In this document: positions 12,301 through 24,136 of the stretch, piece by piece | How positions within the stretch are numbered: the stretch's first letter is position 1 | Layout of the letters: each line of letters opens with the position of its first letter | Assembly (NCBI RefSeq): GCF_004010195.1 | Contig: NC_057750.1 | Span: forward strand, 16,431,241-16,495,240 | Direction: 5' to 3' | Origin: Chiloscyllium plagiosum | Lineage: Eukaryota | Length of the DNA: 64,000 nt | Translations under genes and position numbers: made by a program | The notes under the pieces: generated by a model | Seen by the model: only the letters and a program-made list of their open reading frames with translations | Databases searched by the model: none | What the model was told of the DNA's origin: nothing

Positions 12301-15300
12301 CATATGTAAATCGTAAAACCTTTTTTTGAAGTTACATTCTCAAGTGAACTTTAACAATTGGTTTCATGTTGGCCCAGATAATGCATTGAAGGTGTGAGGT
12401 GCCCTGCGTGAGAATGTCTGTTCCCCCTTTGTTCACACTGATTCTAATCTAAAAAATGGATTTACAGAATCTTTGATCTTATACTCCACAACCACCTGAT
12501 GAAGGAGCAGTGCTCCAAAAGCTAGTGCTTCCAAATAAACCTGTTGGATTATAACCTGGTGTTGTGATTTTAAAATTTGTACACCCCAGTCCAACACCGG
12601 CATCTCCAAATCGTCATTCTCTGAAAGATACAATTCTTTACTGGTATCTTATTTGACGCCTAGCTGAGCTACTGATCCCATATTTCCTTTTGTGATCCTG
12701 ACTCAACTATTCCAGTGTATTTCTAAACTTCGGCTCATCCAAATCTCTGCTGCTTCTGTTCACTTTGAACCTTAAAAATGATAGAACAGGATACTAGGAA
12801 AATCTAGAACCAGCAGAGAAAAAACAAGAGATTCAGTCTCAGTGCACGGGTTATAAAATTTAAGGAAGAGCTTCCGAAAATAATGAAAAAAAGGTTAATT
12901 GAATTGTAGGAGATTAGAACACAAGAGAATAGAATGATTTGGAGGTGCTAGTGTTGGATTGGGATGGACAAAGTTAAAAGTCACACAACACCAGATTATG
13001 GTCCAACAGGTATATTCAGAAGCACTAGCTTTCGGAGCGCTGCTCCTTCATCAGGTGGTTCTGGAGTATAAGATCATAAGAGGATAGAATTAATGCTTCC
13101 ACAATGCAAAGCCGTGGATGCACCACAACTAGAGAAGTGACAGCATTCTGGGCACCATGCTTGCAAGGGTATTTACACCTTTGGAGGGAATGCAGTGTAG
13201 ATTCACTACAATGATATTTGAACTTCAGAAGTTAATTTGAGGTGAAATTACACAAACAAGTTAGTGCCCTCTGAAATGTAGAAGATTCAAGTGTGATTTT
13301 ATTGCAATGTCAAGAAGAACAGAGATTAGGAACCATTTATGTTGCTTGGAAAGGCTAGGACTAGAGGACATGATTGGAAAAATTTATGTAGAACCACACC
13401 TATCAGAAATAAAGTCAGGAAACCTTTTTGCATACAATGATGATAGATATTTGGAACTCTCTTCCACAAATGCCAATTAACTCTTGATCAATTATTAATT
13501 TTAAATCAAACAGTGATAGTTGTGTTAATTAAAGAAATGAAGAGATAAGTGGCAAAAGTAAGTATGAAATCAAGTGACAGATCAGCCTTGATCTCTTTGA
13601 ACTGGGCAGAACAGGGTTTAGGGGCTCGTTAGCCAACCCCTTATTCCTCTTACTCTTCCTTTTACCAAGTTCCACATTACCCTATGCTCACTGATCTACA
13701 TTTCACCTGGTTAAATGACACATGCAATTGAAAGCTGTGTCATTCACAAATTCAAATCCATTCACCACTCCCTTGGTTCACAGAACCACCTCCAGTCCTG
13801 CAACCCTTTAGGAACACCTGACTCTGGCCTTTTGTGCATGTCTCACTTTCTTTGCCTCACTATTGCTGGCTATGGCATTTTGTAAGCTCTAGAATTGCTT
13901 CCCTAAACTTCTCCACCTCTTGTTCGTCTATGTAAGTTGCTCCTTGAGACCAACCAAAGTTCTGGTCATTCCTCTTGTTGTCCCCTTCTTTGGTTTGGTG
14001 CCTTTTTATATCTGTTCTTGTGACTGAGAAGCACATTGGGACCTCCTCTGCATTAAGGACACTATACAGGTATAAGGTGCCATTATTAATGAGGTTTGCA
14101 TATACACATGAGCGTGTGATTTAGAGCAAGAGCAGGTCATTTAGCTCCTTAAGCCTGCGCTGCCATTCGATAAAGTCATGGCTGATCTGACTGTGACTGT
14201 AACTCCATAACCTGAATACCTGTTGCCCATCCCTAATTGCCATTAAGAAGGTAGTGGTGAATCTTGAGTATGACCAAATTATTTTTGAGCTGAAAATGTG
14301 TTGCTGGAAAAGCGCAGCAGGTCAGGCAGCATCCAGGGAACAGGAGAATCGACGTTTCGGGCATAAGCCCTTCTTCAAATTATTTTTGAGGCCATTTTAG
14401 AGGGCAGTTAAGAGTTGCACATTGGTGTGGGTTCACCTGTGGGCCAGACAGAGTTAGGCAGATTTCATTCCCTAAAGGACATAAATAAGCCTGTGTGACA
14501 GTCCATAGTGTTACGGTCATCATTACTGATCCTAGCTTTTGGTTGCATTACTGAATTTGGTTCTCAAGATGTTGTGGTGGGATTTCAGATGGTTGTATTT
14601 CTAGTCCATGCCTATGGACTAGTATCCAGAGACATGGACTAGAAATTATTAATCCAAAAACACAAACACTATATTACCAAATTGCAGAACAACAGTAAAA
14701 TATAAAATAACAACACTGAAAGACACAACTAACTAAATTTCGTGAAAAATCAACTTTGCTTTGATCCACAATCACCATTTGTGATATTTTTTCAATTATT
14801 TTCTCACCTTTACTCTTGGCCTCTCCTCCACTAGGGTCTTTAAGAACTGAGCTTGGTGTTGAGATATAGGAACAGCTACAATCACATTGAATAGTAAAGA
14901 AGGCTCAATGGGCCACTCCTACTCCTATTTTCTTCGTTTCTACATAATAATGTAAAATGAATATGAAATCATTGTTGATCGTTGTTAAAAACCATGTGTT
15001 TCACTAATGACCTTTCGGGAAGGACCCTTATCTGGTCTGGCTGACATGTGACTGCGATGTGGTTGACTCCTAAGTGCCCTTTGAAATGGTCTGGCAAGCC
15101 ATTCAGATGCAGGGGAATAAATGCTAACCTCGCCAGCTATGCCGATATCACATGAGAGAATAAAGTAAAAGTATAGAAATGGATCAGTCCAACTGTGGAG
15201 GTTGCTCTGCCTTTAAATCAGATCCTAAGAGATCTGAATCTCTATTTCACTTCCCCTCCTTAACTCCATATCTGCCAATATTTTTATGCAACAAAAATCT

Positions 15301-18300
15301 ATCAATCTCATTCTTGAAAGTTCCAATTGGCTTCCTTTGAAGATATCCAATACCTCCCACATAAATAAAAGTGCTTCCTAACTTTGGGTTTGAATGGCAT
15401 TGTTCTAATTTTAAGACTGCTATAAGTGCTTTTGATTTTCCCACGAGAAAATTTAGATTCCACAAGCTCTGCACCTTGAGCCAGGAAAGTGAATGTTGGC
15501 AAGTACCTAGCCTAAGGGGTGAGAAACATCCTAAGCTTGTTCCTGTGCTTACTCACAATGTCCAGCACAGGTTATCACACAGTGATTGGGCAATGGGATC
15601 TCCTTATGTCTAGTGATGTTGGTGATGGTTAGCAACCCAGGAGTTGTGACCTCAAACCTGACACTGACTTCAGGGAAAAACTATTGGATTGTCACATGAA
15701 TCTATTTGATTGACCATTGGCTTTCAAGGAAGGGAACTGACTATTACCACCTGGTCTGGTATTCAGTTAACTTCACACTTACTAGAGGCTTTACAACTGC
15801 CCAAGTTGTACAACTGATGGATTAACTGGGGAATATGTAATACATGTGACCATTCCAGCATTTAACAGCATAAAAAATGACTTCAGGATAGAACAAAGGT
15901 TGAATCTCTGAGGCATTATATCTTGTTACTGTACTTATCTTACTCTTTCCATCTAAAAACTGTCAATTCCCATCATTCATATTCCCCCTATCTCCAGTTA
16001 CCTTCTGGGGGACTCGCTTTCTGGAAGAGGAGTAGAAAGAGGGTCACTGAATATTTGTAAGGCAGGGATTAATGAATCCTTGACAAATGAGGGTGTGAAA
16101 GGCTTATCAGCATCAGCAGGAATGCAGAGTTGAGGCCATAGTCTGATGAGTCATGATCCTATTGAATGGCAGTACAGGCTGGAGGGGCTGAATGGTTTAC
16201 TCCTGCTTTTGATTTTGCTCAAAATCCTCATCCATCCCTTTGCATCTCTGGATTCATCAATTCCAGTGCAGTCTTTGCCTCTCTACCTCCACTCTTACCC
16301 TTCCATTTATCCAAAACTGTGCTACCCAATCTTGCACCATACCATGCTTGACCCAAATTCAATGTTCCCATTAATCTATATCTTTACCTGTGTTCCACTG
16401 ATATAAATTTAACATCTTCTTGAATGTTTCTAAGATGTCATTCCCCTTTCTCTATCTATGTGACCATCTTGATGCTCAAGCCCCCTGCTATTTCTGCTTC
16501 TTTCCTAACTATTGGTATACTGCCTCTCCCTTTATGCTTCTAATAACATGTCATGCTCTCAGCTGGTTAATGTTACTGCTCCCTTACCTTTTCTCAGCTT
16601 TCTCTTCTGCTTCACGACCCAAGCCTAGGAAGACCCTCAGGAGAACAGTCTGCCACTCACCTAATTTATCACCATTCCTTACAGAGAAGTTTTTTCAGCT
16701 GCACCTTAGGTCAGGAACTCCGTGGCAGTAGAAGATCAGACTTGTGCTCACACATTGATGCACTGAAGTACTGATCAACGAATTAAACTTCCAGAAGTAA
16801 ACATGAATTTTAATGTTTTAAATCTTTTATGGAATTGGGTGTTGCTGGATGGTTCAGCATTTATTGCTATCTCTAATTAGGGCAACAGGTGGTGGGTTTG
16901 GAATGTGCTGTTAAAGGAGATTGATGAGTTTGTCTTGTAGATGTCCACAAACCTACCACTGTGCCCAATAGTGCAGAAAGTGAATGTTTAAGGTAACAGA
17001 TGGGATGCTGAATAAGTGGAATGCCTAGTCGTGGATAATGCTTAGATTCTTGAATTTTGTTTGAGTTATTAGATTAGATTAGATTAGATATTACAGTGTG
17101 GAAACAGGCCCTTCGGCCCAACAAGTCCACACCGACCCGCCGAAGCGAAACCCACCCATACATTTACCCCTTACCTAACACTACAGGCAATTTAGTATGG
17201 CCAATTCACCTGACCCTGCACATCTTTTGGATGGTGGGAGGAAACCGGAGCACCCGGAGGAAACCCACGCAGACACGGGGAGAACGTGCAAACTCCACAC
17301 AGTCAGTCGCCTGAGGCGGGAATTGAACCCGGGTCTCTGGCGCTGTGAGACAGCAGTGCTAACCACTTTGCCACCGTGCCGCCCAGTTATATTCATCCTG
17401 TCAAGTGGGAAGTATTCTATTACACTCCCAACTTGAGAACATCTTTGGGGAGGTAGGAGGTGAGTCACTTACTGCAGAATTCAAAGCCAGTGACCTGCTG
17501 TTATTTCCATAGTAACTATATAGCTGGTTCAGTTAACCTTCTGGTCAGTGGTGATGCCTAGGATGTTGATGGACGGTTCACCTATGATCATGCAATTGAA
17601 TGTCAAGGAATGCTGATTACAACACCGTCCCTTTTTAATTATTCACTTGTGGGATGTGGGCATCACCAGCTGTGCCTGTATTTATTGCCCATCACTAACT
17701 GCCCCTGAGAAGGCGGTGGTGAGCTGCTGTCCTGACCTGCTGCAATCCATGTCTTTTGGAGATGGTCATTGCCTGACACTATGGGCTTGGTCTTGCTGCC
17801 TGTGGGGACACTGCTTCAATGTCAGAGAGTAGAAGGCCGTTGATGAATTGCTGAAGATGGTTAGCTGGAACACAATCCTGACGAACTCCTGCAGAGATGC
17901 CCTTCATTTCCCTTTGTGCTAGGAATAGTGCCAACCAGTGGACAGCTCCCCCCAGCTTTTTCTAGGGCCTTTAGATACCATACTTGGTCAAATACTGTCT
18001 TGATGTCAAGACAGTCACTCTTGGATCACCTCTGGAGTTCAGTTCTTTTGTCCATATTTGGACTAAGAACATAATGAGGTCAGAGGGTCTCTTCTGGTAC
18101 AGTGATAATGTACATTATTTCTGAGCCAGGAGGCACGAGTCCCCAGTCCTGTCAGCTCTGGTGATTTAAAATAACACTTCTGAACAGGTAGATTAAAAAC
18201 ATCAGTAGTGAGGTCAGGTACCTACAGAAACCAAATCTAGCATTAGGTTATTGCTGAGGAAGAGCTGCTTGATAGCACTGTAGACAACACCTAGACTGAG

Positions 18301-21300
18301 AATAGACTTCTGGGCTCTTGTCGGATTTGTCCTGCATTTTGTGTACAGGACATGCCTGAGCAATTTTCCATATTTTCAGGTTAATCAGTATTGCAGCTGT
18401 ACTGGAACAACTCAGCTATGGGCATGATTAGTTCTGTAGCATAACTCCTCAGTACTACATTATGTGGAATGGATCAGATTTATTGAAGTCTGGCTTCAAT
18501 AATGGTGGGCAACTCCAGACGGATCATCCACTTGGCATGTTTGGCTGAAAGGGATGCAAACATTTCAGCCCTATCTTTCAAACTTGTACATGGGGCACCT
18601 CTAACATTGAATGTGGCAAAATTACAGGGTGCTGATTTAATCCATTGGTTATGGTGTTCATCACATGCTACTTCCACTATTTAGCACATACATAATCCTG
18701 TGTTATACCTTCACTCAGTTGATTTCCTGGCTTGGAGTGAGATATATTCCAGGCTATCAAGTTACAGATTGAATACATTCTGCTGCTGCTGATGGCCCAC
18801 AGTATCTCATAGATGCCTAGTATTTAGATGCTAGATCTGCTTGAAAACTATCCAATTTGGTTTGGTGAGAGTAGCTTACAACATAATGTAGAAGGTCCTC
18901 AGAAATGAAATGGAATCGAACTTTGTCTCCTGCCATTACTTTCATGGACAGATGCACCTGCAATGGATGAATTGGTAAATACAAGTAGGTTTTCTCCTCA
19001 GTTTCCTCACTATCTGCCACAGGCCCATTCTAGCAGCTATGTCCATCAGGAGCTGGCTGGTTTGGTTGGTAGTGTTGCTACTAAGCAACCTTGGTGATGA
19101 AGAATGATGTTCCTTCACCCTGAGTGCATTCTGTGACCTTATCACTGTCAGTTAATCTTCAAAATGATGTTCAACATGAAGAAGTAGTGATACATGGAGG
19201 ATGGTTTCCTTGCCCAAGCCAGCCTGATGCCATTGCTGTGGAGTCAATGTTGTGGACACCCAAAGAAATTCCTCCAGACTGCATACCACTGTATCATCAT
19301 CTCTTGTGGGATAGAGCAAACCCAAAGATGGTGATGTCTGGGTCAGCATTGTTGATAGTGAGGTGGTCATACCATACATGCAGAAAGGGAATGGGTGACC
19401 ATTATGAGATTATAATAGTCAGGTGGTTGTTTTGACTGTGTTGCAGATATTTATGCTTCTGAGAGTATGACTGTTGGGCTGTTGCTTGACTAGTCTGTAG
19501 GACAACTCTAGGAGGTTAGGCTTAGGTCCTCAAATATATAGTATACTGTATTTGATCCATGTTAACAATCTCATCTTGGGTGCACAGAACACAATTTCAC
19601 AATCTGCTGATGACACAAAATAAGGAAGCATTTTGAACTATGAAGAGGTTGATGAGGTGATTTAAACAAACTGGCAGAATTGGCAAAGGTGTGGCCGATA
19701 CAATTTAAATATGTGCAGTATGTAGGAAGAACAATGAAATAACATAAAATAAAGGATACAATTCTAAAAAGTGGGATCTTGGGAGTATATTGTACCAATC
19801 ATTGAAGAAAGCAAGTCAGACTGAGAAAGCAGTTAACAAAGACTTACAAATAGAGACAGTGTTTGTAAAAGTAAATAATTTTTGATGAACCTGTACTGAG
19901 CATTGTCTCAGCCTCAACTGTGGTATTATGTCTAGTTTTTGGCACTGACTTTTGGATGGTTGGAAAGGCATTATCGAGTGTGCAAAAAGATGGTTCCAGT
20001 GATGAGGGAATTCGGTTACTTTGATAGATTGGAGAAGTTGAGGTTTTTGTTCTTTCTGGAAAAGGTGGAGAGGAGATTTAACAGGTATTCAAAATCATCA
20101 GGTGGACAGAAGAGAGAAATACTGAAGGATTCAAGGCTAATGGCAAAAAAAGCCATCAGTGACAGGTAATTCTTTTTCCACAGTGTATTGATAATGTGTG
20201 ATACTGAGAATGTGGTGGGGGCAGATTCAGTTACAGCTTTTAAAAGATTGTTACCTTAATAGAAACAGGGCTCTGATGAAAAGGTAACGTCAGCAGCTAA
20301 TCTCTTGTAGAGAATGGACTTAAGTTGAGTGGCATCCTAGTTTACTGTAAGCATTCTATGATTCTATACTGTTAATGAGGAGGATGTTGCAGGGTTGACT
20401 AGACATGGTGCGCCTTTGTCATGTCTGAATGTGATGTTTTGGTTTTTTGATGATTCACATGGTTTTATTACAATGATATAATGTTGTAGCAATTAGATAT
20501 GGCAGTGTCTTGCTAGGTCATTTCAGAGGGCATGTTAAAGGGCAAAGATTAGGTAAGCATGGCAGATTTCCTTCCACAATGAACCAGGTTCATTTTTGCG
20601 ACAGGAAGGGCTGGAGAAACTAAGCAGGCCCAGCAGCCTCAGGGGAGAGAAAGAGTTACAGTTAAATCTAAATGACTCTTCTTTAGAACTGAAGGAAATT
20701 GGAAATCTGATGGGTTTCATACATTTTCATCTCTCTCTCTCTTTCGTTCCATTAACTGAGATGTTAGCTCTCTTTTCTCTGTCCGCCATTGCTACCAGAC
20801 CTGCCAAATCTCGACCACACTTTGATTTTATTTCAGGTTTCCTGCACCTGCACTATTTTCTTTCAATTTTTACAATAGGTTAGTTATAAATTCATTCATT
20901 GATAATAGGCTTCGATTTCAGATTCAGTTAATTAAATGAATTTAAATTTCCCAACTCCCTGGTGAGATTTGAACTTGTATCTTAGGTTTCTGATTTACAT
21001 ACCGCAAACAACCATTTTGCTACCTTTCTTAGTTACACTCCAGTTTGACATCCTCTGCTATTGTAGAGGTTTCAAGACTAATTTTGGAGACCCTACTTTT
21101 GATCTGGGAATGGTCACTTAATTCAGCAGTGACTCAACTATTAAGTTCTGTGTGGCTTAGTAAAATGGTTTGTGTGTTTATTAATCAAAACATCAGACTT
21201 AATTGTTCGATGTCTAATTCATTGAGATTTGTAAATCATAAGAAAAAATTCTTGCTCACTCTCCTCATGCAAACAAAAATATCAAGGGCAGCTTGTGTTC

Positions 21301-24136
21301 AAAAATCAGTGACCAGTGTGAATAAAGTCTCCTGAATGTTTAACGTGCTGCAGATTTCTGATCACAGGTCCCTTATTAACCACCGTCTGTTTAGGTCTGC
21401 TTATTGTCTTTTTGTTTTGGCTGCCAAGATGACGCAAATTGCTGATGGGAAGCGGATATGATCCTGCTGTAGGCATCTATTGTCCACTACCACCATTGCA
21501 AGGACAAGACAGAGTTAAGCATCTTGGGTCAAATACAGGAAGGGTTAATGGACTTAGATTGGGTGCAGGGTGGGTTAATGATTCCTGGGTTGGATACGGT
21601 CTGTCTTAATGATCCCAAATAAGGTGTATAGGGGGTACGGGGGTTAATGAGCCTGGCTCAGGTATAGGAAAGGTGAATGACCTCTTGTCAGGTACAGGAA
21701 AAGTCAATTAACATGAATCAAGCACAGGAAGGGGGTGATGATGCCAAGTCAGGCACAGGAAGGGTTAGCGACCCAGGTCAGGTACAGAAAGTGTTGCTGA
21801 CCCCAAGTCAGGCATTGGAAGGATTGATGACCCTGCGTTGGGTAGAGGAAGGCTTAAAGGCTCCACATTAGGTAGTGGGAGTGTTAATGTTTCCACAACA
21901 TTGTACAGTACAGGAAGGGTTGATGATCCCAGATTATTTATGGGAAGGGTTAAATAACCTTGGATCAGGCCCAGGAATGGTTGATATCTTCTGGGATTGG
22001 GTATGGTTAAGGAAAGCTAATGATCCTAGTTGGTTATGATACAGGAAATGCAATAGCCCTCGTTCGGCTATACCATGAACTAAGGATCTGTGATCAGTTA
22101 AAGGACCACAGGTTGATGATTACAACATGAGTGAAAGATCCCAGGTAATGTATAGCATGTGGTTAATGCATGTTTTGGGTCTCTGTTCTCCACTTTTACA
22201 TTGAGAAATATCTCCTGTATTTTCTATTTATATTGAAATTCTGGACCTGTTTTTTCTAAACGTGTACATCAGACTCTGCTTCAAATTTCAGAGCAACCAC
22301 TTTGTGAGAGTCGACCTGGAGTATCACTGGGACCCAACCATTTCCACTTCTCTTTTGCCTTCTGTAAATGTAAATGATCTTTCCTTCCTCTAGTGTTCAC
22401 TCCATTTCTCATTCCGCTGTACGGACAGTAACTCTTCCCATATAGTATTTCTAATGATCAATCAAATAATTCAACACAGACCTACAACTGTACTCAGTAC
22501 CTTCTCGGTCTCATTGGCTCTGTATTGTCCTATGAACAACTCTGCCAATAAGCCATACGGTGTAGGCTTAAGATTGACAAGAGGTGGTAGTTTTGTGTTT
22601 CTATCAAGATCACTTTGCATCCTTGAGTTAAACATGAATCAGATGGCTTGCTGCCTCTTTCTTTCCCCAACTGCTGAATTGGAATGAAATCACCTGCCCA
22701 ATTATCTTGGATTTTGAAACGAATGGCTTAGTTATATTGTCTTTCTCTGTTTATGAAAATCTTGTAGGACCTAGAGAACAATTATACATGCACCTGCCCC
22801 CAAGGATTCTATGGCAAGAACTGTGGGATCAGTGCTATGACATGTGCTGATGCACCGTGTTTTAATGGTGGCTCCTGCACTGAGAAATCACATGGGGGCT
22901 ATAGCTGCCATTGCCCGGTTGGCTTCACTGGCTCCAATTGCGAGAAGAAGATTGGCCGCTGTATCAACAATCCATGTGGAAATGGTAAGTGATGGAATCG
23001 ATCATTTGTTTCCCATCCCTGCTCTGTACTCTTTGCCATACCCAAATCTACCTGCTTTATGTTTTTGTCGCTCTAACTCACACTTCCTGTTAAAAAGGAT
23101 ACTGCTTGGACATTGGTCGGAGTGTCATCTGCCGCTGCCGGACAGGGTTCACTGGCCCAAGGTGCAAGATCAACATGGACGATTGCGCCAAGAACCCATG
23201 TGCCAATGGCGGCACCTGTATTGACGGCGTCAACTCCTTCAATTGTAGCTGCACTCTTGGATATGGTGGGAAGGACTGCAGCATTCGAATGGATGCCTGT
23301 AGCAGCAACCCATGTAGAAATAAAGGCATCTGTTACACGCATTACACCGGCCATGTCTGTGAGTGCCCAACTGGATTTATGGGGTCCAACTGTGAGTTTC
23401 GTGTGAAGCCCACCAGCCCGTCCGATGAGGAGAATCCATTCTCTGTGGCCCTTGCCATCTCTTTTGCTTTGGGCCTTGTCACCCTCACCCTGGTGGTGTT
23501 TGCTGCTGTGGTCATTCTGAAGCATCTCCGGAAAAGCCAGGAGAGTCGGAATGCTGTGCGCAATGACCTGGAGACCATCAACAACTTGTCAGATTACCAG
23601 AAAGAAAAGGAGGCCTTCATCATCTCCACTGGACAGTTCAAGGTCTCCAACAAAGATGCTGAACTCAGCAGCGATTGTTTGAGTGATAAATTTAACTGCA
23701 AACAGAAACTTCATTCAATGGATTATAATCTGGCTGGGGAACTGAAGGAGCAGGAGGCTTCCAGAAAGAACATTGTAAAGTGAGTTCTGTGCTTAAGTAT
23801 ACTTCAACATTGTTCCTGATGCTTAGATAATGTCAAACGTTTTGTACGGTACCAGCCAATGGAAATCTAATGAGTCTCCATTTTTTCCAATCACTTTCCA
23901 TTTCAGTAAGAAATCTGAATGCCTATCAATCTCCAAACCATCAATACCATTTCAGAAGGAGGGATTGTACCATCCAATGTATATCATGTCTGAACGAGTG
24001 GAACCATGCATATTTGCAACTGAGGTAAGTCTCAGCTGCTCCTGGAGTTGGAGGTAAGGGACATGAGGTCGAGCAAGAATCTCTAGCATTGCACAGTCTC
24101 ATCATTTTATCTTTTCCTTCTCTTCCACAGGTATGA
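6313..24136 (+). CDS. dlc: Delta-like Notch ligand, most likely DeltaC/Delta2 class; join(6313-6363,6514-6765,7110-7167,7388-7645,8797-8857,9973-10273,22768-22984,23098-23779,23907-24024,24131-24136), 667 aa
   Basis: Ten exons splice in frame with matching phases (total 2004 nt). Domains: signal peptide, MNNL (FRVCLKHYQ...[12 protein letters not shown]), DSL, 8 EGF, TM, ICD ending ATEV. Delta family is certain. The dlc orthology is inferred from the short MNNL exon, the [18 protein letters not shown] and [10 protein letters not shown] motifs and overall length. Confidence 0.85.
6514..6765 (+). CDS. dlc: dlc exon 2 (MNNL/C2 domain, [10 protein letters not shown]...PFHFTWP)
   Basis: Polypyrimidine tract plus cag acceptor; ends CCG|gcaagt (GC donor). 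Confidence 0.92.
7110..7167 (+). CDS. dlc: dlc exon 3 ([19 protein letters not shown])
   Basis: tgtag acceptor, G|gtaat donor, conserved Delta motif. Confidence 0.92.
7388..7645 (+). CDS. dlc: dlc exon 4 (DSL domain)
   Basis: [44 protein letters not shown]; tgcag and gtaag sites. Confidence 0.97.
8797..8857 (+). CDS. dlc: dlc exon 5 (EGF1 N-part, [21 protein letters not shown])
   Basis: cacag acceptor, gtgagt donor, phases match neighbours. Confidence 0.93.
9973..10273 (+). CDS. dlc: dlc exon 6 (end of EGF1 to start of EGF4)
   Basis: [24 protein letters not shown]...[13 protein letters not shown]...NGGSCT; ttcag and gtatgt sites. Confidence 0.96.
11326..11635 (+). mobile_element. tRNA-derived V-SINE (HE1-like), full length
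   Basis: A box GGTGGCACAGTGG, B box GGTTCAATTCC, CR1-like tail gaagggcctgtttccacactgt, (gtaat)n end. Confidence 0.88.
12073..12616. mobile_element. Family B PLE-derived element with inverted hammerhead-containing arms
   Basis: 12073-12175 is inverted relative to about 12475-12580; both cores have a mutated GAAA; TSD ttctctgaa. Confidence 0.7.
13023..13057 (-). ncRNA. Minimal type I hammerhead ribozyme motif (family B), intact core
   Basis: Minus strand CAC-CUGAUGA-A-GGAGC agc GCUCC-GAAA-GC-UA-GUG. Confidence 0.75.
14290..14375 (-). mobile_element. 86-bp family A PLE-derived insert truncated inside the hammerhead core
   Basis: Perfect 15-bp TSD caaattatttttgag (14275-14289 and 14376-14390). 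Confidence 0.8.
16900..19500 (-). mobile_element. Heavily decayed non-LTR retrotransposon fragments (similar material at 55530-57340)
   Basis: Minus strand [16 protein letters not shown] near 18320-18370 (pre-RT motif); interrupted by SINEs. Confidence 0.5.
17070..17384 (-). mobile_element. HE1-like SINE
   Basis: Reverse-complement match to 11326-11635; (tagat)n tail; agttat on both flanks. Confidence 0.88.
19580..20370 (+). mobile_element. Decayed CR1-clade LINE RT/3' fragment
   Basis: Degenerate ADDTK motif, DRLEKL segment, attctatg tail. Confidence 0.6.
21520..22150. repeat. Degenerate minisatellite, period about 30 bp (consensus near gtcaggtacaggaagggttaatgacccca)
   Basis: Unit starts at about 21687, 21717, 21748, 21777, 21807, 21837, 21867. 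Confidence 0.75.
22768..22984 (+). CDS. dlc: dlc exon 7 (EGF4-6)
   Basis: [19 protein letters not shown]...[14 protein letters not shown]...; tgtag and gtaagt sites. Confidence 0.96.
23098..23779 (+). CDS. dlc: dlc exon 8 (EGF6-8, TM helix, intracellular domain)
   Basis: ORF 23106-23783 with EGF repeats, [35 protein letters not shown] motif; donor AA|gtgagt. Confidence 0.95.
23907..24024 (+). CDS. dlc: dlc exon 9 (...[20 protein letters not shown])
   Basis: ttcag acceptor, GAG|gtaagt donor, 118 nt. Confidence 0.92.
24131..24136 (+). CDS. dlc: dlc exon 10 coding part: Val + stop completing the ATEV PDZ-binding motif
   Basis: tcttccacag|GTA TGA; a terminal exon encoding only V-stop is typical of vertebrate Delta genes. 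Confidence 0.9.
   Translation, partial: V

Noticed and set aside
21520-22150. CRISPR-like array
   Set aside because: Contiguous degenerate tandem units with no unique spacers, in eukaryotic DNA.
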